NCBI GenBank assembly: GCA_027051165.1 | Contig: JALTZZ010000036.1 | Location: 5,050-69,049, forward strand | Length of the DNA: 64,000 bases | Source: an archaeon | Lineage (GTDB): Archaea; Hydrothermarchaeota; Hydrothermarchaeia; JALTZZ01 | Direction: 5' to 3' | Shown: piece by piece, positions 55,839 to 64,000 of the stretch | Layout of the letters: each line of letters opens with the position of its first letter | How positions within the stretch are numbered: position 1 is the stretch's first letter | Notes under the pieces: generated by a model | The model's input: only the letters and a program-made list of their open reading frames with translations | Told to the model about the DNA's origin: nothing | Database searches by the model: none | Made by a program: the position numbers and the translations under genes

Positions 55839-56924
55839 CTATATCATCTGTAATTTTATAAATTTTATCATGGGTTTGATGCTTTTAAACAGAATCCTCT
55901 TATGCCTTCTCAGTCTCCTCGCTATAGGTCTTGGAAAATTTTTCATATACCCTTCTACATACATACCTGTTTTTATGAGCTCCTTAAACAAAGTTTCTAA
56001 ATCCTCTTCTTTGGCTTTTTCGATTTTATCAAGCCTCCAATCAAATACATCAAGAATCTCCCTTAAAGTAATCCTCTTCAAACAGCTTTCAAGAAAGTGC
56101 ATGCCGCAGCAATTTTTTGCAGTATGTAGGTTAAAAAATCCTTCCTTACATGTTGAAAACTCTAAACCAAGCTTATCTGCAATTTTTTTAATATACTCTG
56201 CAGTTTTATACCTATACTCGTATATTGGGCTAATTAGGTTATCCGATTCGTAGTAGCTTTCAAATTCAACGTTTTTAACATACTTCAAAAATTCATCGTT
56301 TTTTGCAAGCCTTATATTTTCAACTATAACGAGCTTTGCACCGCAGTCTTTTGCATTTCTCAAAATTTCTTCAGCTTCTTCCTCCACAACTCCGGGAATT
56401 GCTGGCTGGAGCCTCAGCACCGTTGTAATTCCTTCACTGCCAACTTTTTCCATAGCATCAAGTCTTTCGTATGCTCTTGGAGAGTGAGGCTCGAAGATTT
56501 TATCTTTTTTCAGCGTTGTAATTGTGAACTGAACTATTGTATTTTCGTGCAGATTTTCTATCCAAGGTTTTTCGGAAATCTTTGTTGACTTCGTTGAGAT
56601 TATTAGCGGTATCCTAAATTTTTTAGAAATTTTTAGCACCTTTAAGCTAAGTTTATACTTCTCCTCTAAGTGGCTAAAAGGGTCTGTGAGCGTTGATAGT
56701 CTAAAGGGAAGTGTTCTGTCTTTTAAATATTTAGAAATTTTTTCAAAAGCTCTTACGTGATTTGTTATAATTTCTCTTTCTTCTGCAACCCATCTTCTGT
56801 AGCAGTAGAGGCATGCGTGTGGACATGTGGAATAAGGCTCTATTCTCAGAATGGAATAGCAAAGAGTGCTTACCACATAGTTTGGATTTATTACAAGTTC
56901 TTCTAGCTTTCTTTTCATTTTCAT
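55839..56924 (-). CDS. Radical SAM protein (SPL-like family)
   Basis: EPYSTCPHACLYC (CxxxCxxC), STLTDP, ISTK, FEPHSP..ERL, RLQP. Confidence 0.83.
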   Translation of the reverse strand: MKMKRKLEELVINPNYVVSTLCYSILRIEPYSTCPHACLYCYRRWVAEEREIITNHVRAFEKISKYLKDRTLPFRLSTLTDPFSHLEEKYKLSLKVLKISKKFRIPLIISTKSTKISEKPWIENLHENTIVQFTITTLKKDKIFEPHSPRAYERLDAMEKVGSEGITTVLRLQPAIPGVVEEEAEEILRNAKDCGAKLVIVENIRLAKNDEFLKYVKNVEFESYYESDNLISPIYEYRYKTAEYIKKIADKLGLEFSTCKEGFFNLHTAKNCCGMHFLESCLKRITLREILDVFDWRLDKIEKAKEEDLETLFKELIKTGMYVEGYMKNFPRPIARRLRRHKRILFKSIKPMIKFIKLQMI

Positions 56925-56928
56925 CTAT

Positions 56929-57141
56929 TTAAATTTCCTCAAGCTTCTTTTTTATATCATTTACAACAGCTTTTATACCATTTATTTCGCTTTCAAGTTT
57001 GTTTATTCTTTCATTCATCTTCATCTGCATTAGAAGCAGTAAAACGAGAAGTATTATTATAACAGCCATAATTATGATTTCATATGCCCCTATTGTTGTA
57101 GAATTCGCCCTATACCAATGCATCATCTGAAACAGCATCAC
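56929..57141 (-). CDS. Small single-TM coiled-coil protein
   Basis: Hydrophobic helix IIIMAVIIILLVLLLLM followed by a heptad tail; ATGA-type overlap with arsR. Confidence 0.55.
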   Translation of the reverse strand: MMLFQMMHWYRANSTTIGAYEIIIMAVIIILLVLLLLMQMKMNERINKLESEINGIKAVVNDIKKKLEEI

Positions 57142-57470
57142 TCACCACCCTTTTCAAACAGTTTTTTTATAATTTCCAAATTTATAACTACTTCAAAATT
57201 TTTAGCCCTATAATACTTTTTTGCCCTTGGATCACCTTCTTCCAACCTAAGATCACTTTCAACCAATCCGGCTTTTTCAAGCTTTCTTAGGTGCAGATAT
57301 AGAAGCTGTCTTGATATTTTAAACTCCTTCGCAAGCTCATATATATACCATTCTTTCTCAGCCAAGGTGGCTAACAGCTTTACTCTTAACGGATTGCTCA
57401 ATGCATCACATATTTCAACCAGCCTCTTCAGTGTAATCTTCTCCATAGTGCCAGCGGATATTTTTCCCAT
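57138..57470 (-). CDS. ArsR-family winged-HTH regulator
   Basis: ALSNPLRVKLL, YIYELAKEFKISRQLLYLHLRKLEKAGLVES, KKYY. Confidence 0.88.
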   Translation of the reverse strand: MGKISAGTMEKITLKRLVEICDALSNPLRVKLLATLAEKEWYIYELAKEFKISRQLLYLHLRKLEKAGLVESDLRLEEGDPRAKKYYRAKNFEVVINLEIIKKLFEKGGE

Positions 57471-57957
57471 ATATTTTTATTTAACGTGCTAAAATTATAT
57501 TAGTTTTGCTCGGAAAATTTACTTGAACTTCTTATGTTTAAGCTTAAAAATATGAAATCAGAAACAGAAGATGGTTCATGAATTTTCATGATGCCCCATA
57601 ATTTTTCTTAGATGATCCATTGAAAATCCATATTCATTTTTTAAGCTCTCGAATTCCTACATTCTTAGGCAGATTTGGGAATTATATATAGTCCGCAGGC
57701 TGTTTTTCTTTTCTGCTGTTTTTTGTTAGATATTCTTCTATGTTGTTCTCAATACTCTTAATAGCATGATTATATTCTTTTTTCAGCTCTTTTATCTTAC
57801 TATCTACTTCGGTGTAGATATATGTGAACTGTCAAAAAGATAAAGGAGATACAAGCTTCTCTGTGTATCTGTTGGATCATTAATTTAGATCACACTATAA
57901 CAAGCTCATCCATACTCCGCTTGGGTTTATAAATCCTCACCTTCACAGCTGTGAGGA

Positions 57958-58260
57958 AATGAGTTTAAAAGCTCAAGGTTTGTTATGTATGCCGGGGAGA
58001 TTATAATATTTGACGTGCACCCACGAAATTGGTATGAGAGGGGCTTGAAGGAAAGCACGACTGCGTTATGGTAGGGTTCGGCAGGGAAGATAAAGTTCTG
58101 GAAGTTCTCGACAGATACACAGAGCTTCTGAGCAAAAACATCATCATAGACTTCGACAAAGTCAGAGAGTTGCTCAAAAAATACGGAAAATCTACGAAAA
58201 GCCTCGATCTGATTTTCACAGTTGGGGCAACGCTCAACGGAATACACTTCGATTCCTACT
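57958..58260 (+). pseudogene. Frameshifted gene fragment of unknown family
   Basis: Two frames join as FVMYAGEIIIFDVHPRNWYERGLK / KHDCVMVGFGREDKVLEVLDRY..., cut off by palindrome copy C. Confidence 0.4.
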
Positions 58261-58300
58261 ATAACCCCCTTGCGGGATGGGTGATGCAAGGGGGTTATTA
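58261..58300. repeat. Palindromic repeat, copy C (inverted relative to B)
   Basis: ATAACCCCCTTGCGGGATGGGTGATGCAAGGGGGTTATTA. Confidence 0.75.
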
Positions 58301-58420
58301 TTTATAACTACCTAACAACCGCTTTATAAACGTTTCGCTTACCGTTGCTCCTCCAAACCTCCCCGTTTGCAAGCCTAATTCATCCCGCCCTAAAGGGTGG
58401 GGCTTTCTTAGCGACGTTTT
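58301..58420 (-). mobile_element. IS200/IS605-family end with promoter-like sequence, no transposase
   Basis: Hairpin CCCGCCC-TAAA-GGGTGGG at 58384-58401; minus strand carries GAAACGTTTATAAAG (BRE/TATA-like) pointing to palindrome C. Confidence 0.55.
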
Positions 58421-58482
58421 GTAATAATTTTATTACATAAAAATTTGATCTGAAAAAACAAATTCTAACGGTTGATATTTCT

Positions 58483-59301
58483 TTAAGTAAGCTCTTCATC
58501 TCTGAGAACAAGCTTTGAAGTTCTGTGTGCGTAGCACTGAATATTAACCGCCACTGGTAGAGAGGCTATATGGCATGGCTTGACCTCGATGTTTACAGCT
58601 AAGCACGTTACTCCTTTTTTTATCCCCATAATCCCTATACCAAGGTTGTTTATCTCTTCTAAGAGTTCTTCTTCAAGCCTTGCTATATCAGGATTCTTAT
58701 TCCTTTCTTTTATCCCTCTGAGCAGTGCTTTTTTTGAAAGCTTACAAGCTATGTCAAAGCTTCCTCCAATCCCAACGCCGACTATTATAGGCGGACACGG
58801 CTTTGCACCTGCTTTTTTAACGACTTCCAAAACGAAGTCCTTTATTCCCTCGATACCTTCGTTTGGGTTCAGCATCTTAAATGCACTAACGTTCTCTGAA
58901 CCAGCCCCCTTTGGCAGGAAGATTATCTCTGCACCGCTCTCAGCAGGCTCATAGTATATAAAAACTTTTTTAATTTTTTTCCTTGTTATCGGATCAACGG
59001 TGTTGTATCTCAGAATCCCTTCATCTAAAAGCTCATAAAAAGCTTCCTCTATATACTTCTTTAATTTTTCGAAGTAAATACATCTGCATTTAACAAAAAA
59101 AAGCGGCAAGCCCGTGTCTTGACATAGCGGATACTTAAGATCCCTTGCAAGTTTTATGTTTTTTATCATGTTTTCAAGCTGTATTTTTGCTATTTCATCC
59201 TTTTCTTTTTTATAGAGCTCTCTAAGCGTATGTTCAACATCTTCATCTACTTCAGTTACACCTCTTAAAATAAGCTCTTTAATCTTTTCTTTTAGGTTCA
59301 T
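58483..59301 (-). CDS. Class I fumarate hydratase / tartrate dehydratase alpha subunit
   Basis: [56 protein letters not shown]. Confidence 0.9.
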   Translation of the reverse strand: MNLKEKIKELILRGVTEVDEDVEHTLRELYKKEKDEIAKIQLENMIKNIKLARDLKYPLCQDTGLPLFFVKCRCIYFEKLKKYIEEAFYELLDEGILRYNTVDPITRKKIKKVFIYYEPAESGAEIIFLPKGAGSENVSAFKMLNPNEGIEGIKDFVLEVVKKAGAKPCPPIIVGVGIGGSFDIACKLSKKALLRGIKERNKNPDIARLEEELLEEINNLGIGIMGIKKGVTCLAVNIEVKPCHIASLPVAVNIQCYAHRTSKLVLRDEELT

Positions 59302-59843
59302 GGCACAAAAACAGCAGCAGCTATAACCGTAGTCCAGAGACCGTCTTTAGCTACCACTGCAGTTTGCGTAATGTTGAAAGTTTTAACGATCTTTCCGCTC
59401 ATGAGCCATATCTGTCTCCTCTCGTCCCAAGCTTCGTCTGGGTCGAAGTCTATGCCAAGCGTTGTTGCGAGCATCGTTGCGGCTAAGTCTTCAGCATAGT
59501 CCCCAGCTTCTTTTTCATCCTTACCAAAGCAGTGATATTCGCTTAAATAGCCGTAGTGGCTTCTATCGCTTGGTATAGCACAGCCAACGCTTGCAGCTAT
59601 AAGTCTGTGAGGCTCGTTGCTTGAGTTTTCGCTCATAACGCAGAAAACTATCTGCCCGGGCTTTAAAAGCTTTAATCCCTCTTCTTTGCTTACAATTTCG
59701 CAGTTTGGCGGGAGTATGCTGCTAACCTTTACTATGTTAAACTGTGCTATTCCAGCATCTCTAAGTGCAAGCTCAAAGCTTGCAAGCTTGTCCTTGTGCC
59801 TTCCAACTCCTTTCGTAAAGAAAACCTTCCTCGGAACGAACAT
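59298..59843 (-). CDS. pdaD: Pyruvoyl-dependent arginine decarboxylase
   Basis: [25 protein letters not shown] (SS autocleavage site), GYLSEYH. Confidence 0.93.
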   Translation of the reverse strand: MFVPRKVFFTKGVGRHKDKLASFELALRDAGIAQFNIVKVSSILPPNCEIVSKEEGLKLLKPGQIVFCVMSENSSNEPHRLIAASVGCAIPSDRSHYGYLSEYHCFGKDEKEAGDYAEDLAATMLATTLGIDFDPDEAWDERRQIWLMSGKIVKTFNITQTAVVAKDGLWTTVIAAAVFVP

Positions 59844-59883
59844 ACATTTTTAATTTAATGTAAAACATCTAAAAATATTTTTG

Positions 59884-60570
59884 TCAGATAGAATTATCCT
59901 TGGCTGAAGCTTTAAAAGACTCTTTAATTTTTTTAATTAGAACATTTCCTTTTCTGCTTAGGCTTTCTATTTTTAGGATTACAATATTATTTTCTTTATC
60001 TTTATCGTAATATATAACAACATCTCCACTTGGAATCTCTCTCGCAATTTTCTCCTTTTCCTCATAAGTTTTAGGCTTTATGGAAATGGCATATTCATCA
60101 ATAAAACCATCAATTCCTCTAGATTCCTCCTCAGGTTCAGCAAGTCGGTATTTCATATTCAATCTACGAGCAAAAAAAGATAATATGGGTTCTTGAACTC
60201 TCAAACCTATATAAGTTTTAACTAAAACTAAATCTTCAACCCACTTTCTTACTTTATCTCTGTCAAGTCCCTCTATCACACTTTTAAAATTTTCAAGCAT
60301 ATTCATAATCTTGTCTGTCGCCTCTTCAATTGCTGTTGGGTATCTGCTTAGATACCACTTCTTCCAACCTTCGAAATCCCTATACGGACATTCCTTTATT
60401 AGTTCACTCATTTTTCCAACAATTTTGGGACGTGTAGCTTGTGAAAATCTGTTTGCAAGGTTTATTAGAGGCATGGCATATTTTGGAAAATCAGATTCAC
60501 TTTCAATTTTTAGCAATTTCTTAATTTCATCAATCTTCAATACTATTTCTTCATCAAATATTAGTTCCAT
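59884..60570 (-). CDS. MjaI-family type II restriction endonuclease
   Basis: FPKYAMPLINLANRFSQATRPKIVGKMSELI, WVEDLVLVKTYIGL, EESRGIDGFI..ISIKP (PD-(D/E)xK). Confidence 0.85.
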   Translation of the reverse strand: MELIFDEEIVLKIDEIKKLLKIESESDFPKYAMPLINLANRFSQATRPKIVGKMSELIKECPYRDFEGWKKWYLSRYPTAIEEATDKIMNMLENFKSVIEGLDRDKVRKWVEDLVLVKTYIGLRVQEPILSFFARRLNMKYRLAEPEEESRGIDGFIDEYAISIKPKTYEEKEKIAREIPSGDVVIYYDKDKENNIVILKIESLSRKGNVLIKKIKESFKASAKDNSI

Positions 60571-60656
60571 AGGAGTAATTTTTATTCATCAGTATATAAC
60601 TTTATTTTATTTTTTATTTTGTTAATATAGTAGAAGTAATAATAGGTGGAAATGTT

Positions 60657-60914
60657 ATGGGTGGTGTTGTTAGAAGTAGTATTGGAAATAGGAACTTTAC
60701 AATATCAAGAAAAGATGTTGAAAATGTATTGGAGACTATAGAACCAGAGCCTTTAAAGGGAAGAGCAAAGTATTACATAGAATATAAAGGCAAAAAGTAT
60801 CCAATTAAGCAGATTATTGCTGAAGTAACCGGATTACCGAGAGTAGCCTTTACAGCTAAGCATGCCTACGATATACTAACAAAGCTTGGTTTTACTGTTA
60901 AAGAGCTAAGATAG
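60657..60914 (+). CDS. Small protein resembling the ScoMcrA N-terminal head domain
   Basis: ISRKDVENVL, YYIEYKGKKYPIKQII, AYDILTKLGFTV. Confidence 0.55.
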   Translation: MGGVVRSSIGNRNFTISRKDVENVLETIEPEPLKGRAKYYIEYKGKKYPIKQIIAEVTGLPRVAFTAKHAYDILTKLGFTVKELR

Positions 60915-60923
60915 GTTAAAAGT

Positions 60924-61856
60924 ATGATGGAAAAAGTAGCTATTAAAACTGAGAAAACATATCACAGAATAGTGATTGGCGATTCGAGAAAAATGGAGGA
61001 TATTGAGGATGAAAGTGTTCATTTAGTTGTTACCTCTCCACCATATCCAATGATAGAGATGTGGGATAGCTTGTTTAAAAAAATCGATGAAAAAATTGAG
61101 AAATTATGGGAAAGAATGGAATTAGAAAGAAATAAGAAGAAAAAACAAAGATATATTATGGAAATATATGAGCTAATGCATGAAAATCTTGCAAAAGTAT
61201 GGAAGGAATGCTATAGGGTTCTCGTAGATGGAGGAATTGCCTGCATAAACATAGGGGATGCAACAAGAAGTATTAATGGAATGTTTAAATTGTTTCCAAA
61301 CCATGCGAAAGTAATAGAACATTGTGAAAAAATAGGATTTGTAACACTACCCTATATTCTTTGGAAGAAGCCTACAAACAAACCAAAATATAAGGGTAAA
61401 GGAGCTTTTCTTGGCTCTGGTTTTTTGCCCCCTAACGCTTATGTAACACTTGATTGTGAGTTTATACTCATATTTAGAAAAGGAGAGACAAGGAAATTTA
61501 AGCCAAAAGATCCCCTAAGATATGCAAGTTCATACACAAAAGAAGAAAGAGATAGATGGTTTACCCAAATTTGGGAAATTACTGGAGCAAGACAAACAGT
61601 TGAAGAAAGAAGAGTAGCCGCTTTTCCGGAAAAAATACCATACAGACTTATTAGAATGTTCTCGGTAATAGGTGATACTGTTCTTGACCCATTCTTAGGA
61701 ACTGGAACTACGGTAAAAGTTGCAATAACACTTAAAAGAAACTCTATTGGCTACGAAATTGATGAATCTCTGTTACCAATAATAAAAAAGAAAGTTGGAA
61801 TATCGCAAAAACTTTTAACAGACAGCTATTCAGTAGAAATCATAAAACAGACCTAA
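60924..61856 (+). CDS. N4-cytosine/N6-adenine DNA methyltransferase (beta class)
   Basis: VVTSPPY (motif IV) precedes VLDPFLGTGT (motif I); AFPEKIP, GYEID. Confidence 0.92.
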   Translation: MMEKVAIKTEKTYHRIVIGDSRKMEDIEDESVHLVVTSPPYPMIEMWDSLFKKIDEKIEKLWERMELERNKKKKQRYIMEIYELMHENLAKVWKECYRVLVDGGIACINIGDATRSINGMFKLFPNHAKVIEHCEKIGFVTLPYILWKKPTNKPKYKGKGAFLGSGFLPPNAYVTLDCEFILIFRKGETRKFKPKDPLRYASSYTKEERDRWFTQIWEITGARQTVEERRVAAFPEKIPYRLIRMFSVIGDTVLDPFLGTGTTVKVAITLKRNSIGYEIDESLLPIIKKKVGISQKLLTDSYSVEIIKQT

Positions 61857-63199
61857 ACTTTTTTCAGTTTTGCAATAAAAAAGGCTGTGCAGTCATGTAA
61901 ATGAGGATATGTTCTCACAACTCTCTTCCAGTGCTTAAAGTATTTCCCGTTAAATTTCTTTATTCCATGGGTTCCTATTTTTCTGTCAATTTTTTGAACG
62001 GAAAAAAAGTTGCTCGCAAAATCAACGTTTTCCTCGTTTTCTTCAAAAAGTATTGAGCAAGTTGAATATACAGCTATGCCTTGAGGCTTTAAATTTGCAT
62101 AAGCATTTACGAGCATTTTTCTCTGCAACTTAACAATGCCTTTAACCTTATTTATATTAAACTTCCACTTAACACATGGAAACTGCCTTAACGTTCCCGT
62201 AGATGAGCATGGAACGTCTAAGAGAACCTTGTCCACCTCTTCTTCATATCTGAACTTTGCTCCATCTGCAACAACATATTCGATATTTTTCACTCCAAGA
62301 ATCTTCATATTTTCCTTCATTCTTCTCATTCTACTCTTTGATATGTCAACAGCTATTATTTTTCCCTTATTTTCCATAAGCTGAGCTATGTGGGATGCTT
62401 TTGATCCGGGTGCAGATGCTAAGTCCAAAATTGTTTCATCGGGCTCTGGATCTAAAACGTGTGCAACGTAGCTTGAGGCTAAATCCTGAACTACAAAAAA
62501 TCCTTTTTTATAAAGCTCAAGTCTTGTAAGCGGTTTTTTGTAATCTAAAACTTTAAAGACATCGAAGAGGGGAGTTTCTTCTAACGAGACACCCTCTTTC
62601 TCAAGCCTCTTAATCAAATTTTCCGGGGATATTTTTAGGGTGTTTACCCTTATATAATATCTCTGCTCTTCATTATTAGCTTTAAGTAGTTTTACAGCTT
62701 CCTCTTTACTGAAAATTTTCAAAACATATTCAACGAACCATTCTGGATGAAAGTATTTGTATGCTAAATATTTTATCTCATCTTTTTCGTATTTTTTTAG
62801 TATGTCCTCTATCTTTATTTTTTCAATTTTTCTGAGGAGAGCATTTACAAGTTTTGCCTTTTTTTCGCTCTTATTTTTTACTATTCTAACTGCGGCATCT
62901 GTTGCGAGCGGGGGAGGCACACTTTTAAATTTCATTTCATATACTGCCACTCTTAAAACGTTTCTTGTAAATGGGTCTATTGTGTCTATTTTTCCTTTAT
63001 CTAAAGCTAAATTTAATAATTTATCTATAATATTCTTCCTTTTAAGAGTTTCATAAACGTAAGCATGAACTACCGCTCTTATTTTTACATCATCTATTTT
63101 TCTTTTGTCAAAAATCCTCTTTAAAGACTCTTTTATTGAAACAGATTTTTCTTCTATATATTCAAGAGTCTCCGCAGCTACTTCTTGGTTGACTATCAT
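61853..63199 (-). CDS. RsmB/NOP2-family RNA m5C methyltransferase with NusB-like N-terminal domain
   Basis: RNVLRVAVYEM, VQDLAS, LDLASAPGSK, LLDVPCSSTG, VYSTCS. Confidence 0.9.
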   Translation of the reverse strand: MIVNQEVAAETLEYIEEKSVSIKESLKRIFDKRKIDDVKIRAVVHAYVYETLKRKNIIDKLLNLALDKGKIDTIDPFTRNVLRVAVYEMKFKSVPPPLATDAAVRIVKNKSEKKAKLVNALLRKIEKIKIEDILKKYEKDEIKYLAYKYFHPEWFVEYVLKIFSKEEAVKLLKANNEEQRYYIRVNTLKISPENLIKRLEKEGVSLEETPLFDVFKVLDYKKPLTRLELYKKGFFVVQDLASSYVAHVLDPEPDETILDLASAPGSKASHIAQLMENKGKIIAVDISKSRMRRMKENMKILGVKNIEYVVADGAKFRYEEEVDKVLLDVPCSSTGTLRQFPCVKWKFNINKVKGIVKLQRKMLVNAYANLKPQGIAVYSTCSILFEENEENVDFASNFFSVQKIDRKIGTHGIKKFNGKYFKHWKRVVRTYPHLHDCTAFFIAKLKKV

Positions 63200-63257
63200 C
63201 CCTTGCTTTTAAAACAGTATTAACTTTTGCCAATGTTATAGTTCTTTTCCATACTCA

Positions 63258-63330
63258 GCCGGGGTAGGGTAGTTGGTCATCCTACGGGACTGTGGATCCC
63301 GTGAGCCGGGTTCAAATCCCGGCCCCGGCC
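63258..63330 (+). tRNA. tRNA-His (GUG)
   Basis: Acceptor GCCGGGG/CCCCGGC, anticodon arm CGGGA-CTGTGGA-TCCCG (GTG at 63292-63294), T arm CCGGG-TTCAAAT-CCCGG, discriminator C; CCA not encoded, no intron. Confidence 0.96.
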
Positions 63331-63337
63331 TATTGTT

Positions 63338-63500
63338 TTACTTGTTTATACTTTCTTTAATCTTCATTTTTATAACTTTAACAATTCTTTCTTTACGAGA
63401 ATCATTATAAACAATTCTATATTTTCCGATTCTACATTTAAAAATATCTTCTAAATCTTCAAGTCTTCTAATATCATATAACACTTTGTTAAAAAGGTAT
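63338..63500 (-). pseudogene. RelE/ParE-like toxin C-terminal remnant
   Basis: LYDIRRLEDLEDIFKCRIGKYRIVYNDSRKERIVKVIKM; no start codon, in-frame stop just upstream. Confidence 0.6.
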
Positions 63501-64000
63501 TATAAGCATAGTTAGTCGGAGATTTGTAAAACTCTCTGATATGATGACCTATCCAACAAACAAAAGTTAAATGATCTTATACATAGAAAAGGGATGCAAA
63601 TTCATATAAAAACTTCCACTAAATCTTATTTATACGAGGAATTGTTAAGTGGTTCCTTGGAATCATCAAAGACCTTGGGAAAACTTTAAAGAAAAGATAA
63701 CAACGATAAAACTTTAAAGTCCTAGAAAATATAGGGTAAAGAGGTTATATAATAGGTTATCTATTTTCTTCAAGAACTTTTTGAACTATTGGGAAAATTT
63801 AAAGCGTTAAGAGCGTTATTGAAGATTTATTCAGAGTTCCCAAAAATTCTCTTTCTAAAATCTACTAAATAGACATTCTAAATGTTCTGCTACGAAGTTT
63901 TGTAGTTTTGTGAATTCTTTTATTTGAGTTACTCATATCTATGGAGTTAAACAATAAAAAACTACAAGCACTTTCTATGTCAGAATTCCTCAGCAAAAAG

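Noticed and set aside
57480-57950. Possible ncRNA or gene in the long intergenic region upstream of arsR
   Set aside because: It contains only short broken frames and TCATGA-type micro-palindromes; I see no stable structure or motif that I can support.

Overview
AT-rich archaeal (euryarchaeal-type, probably anaerobic) chromosomal window. The lineage inference rests on mptA, tfx, tiaS, cofE, pdaD, an EndoQ homolog and a CGP-CTERM-tailed protein. Housekeeping genes (gltX partial, pyrD, wecC-like, MetE-core methionine synthase, idsA, thyX-like, xpb, dUTPase-like, hisH, tiaS, cofE, pdaD, RsmB-type methylase, tRNA-His) alternate with four accessory blocks. (1) 11.0-22.6 kb: a complete type III-B cmr1-6 effector with intact HD and GGDD motifs, followed by a CARF-wHTH protein, Csx3/Crn3, a CARF-HEPN nuclease, MNT/HEPN genes and a frameshifted, truncated RAMP. 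No array, cas6 or cas1/2 is present in the window. (2) 30.1-43.1 kb: a nitrate-to-ammonium respiration island. It holds a heme-c (DUF3365-type) sensor kinase, a REC-wHTH regulator, an octaheme CxxCK nitrite reductase with a CGP-CTERM anchor, a monoheme Reeler-like protein, an oversized NapA, and NapG/H/D, but no NapB/NapC/NrfH. The two catabolic units share a conserved upstream DNA module. (3) 45.2-46.6 kb and 49.4-58.4 kb: decayed mobile DNA (IS200/IS605 ends, tnpB and integrase fragments, a 166-bp MITE, DDE transposase pseudogenes, a recurring ~40-bp palindrome). (4) 59.9-61.9 kb: an MjaI-like restriction-modification locus with a small ScoMcrA-head-like gene. The respiratory island is the best candidate for an undescribed system. 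All family assignments come from motif recognition by eye; no database search was run.
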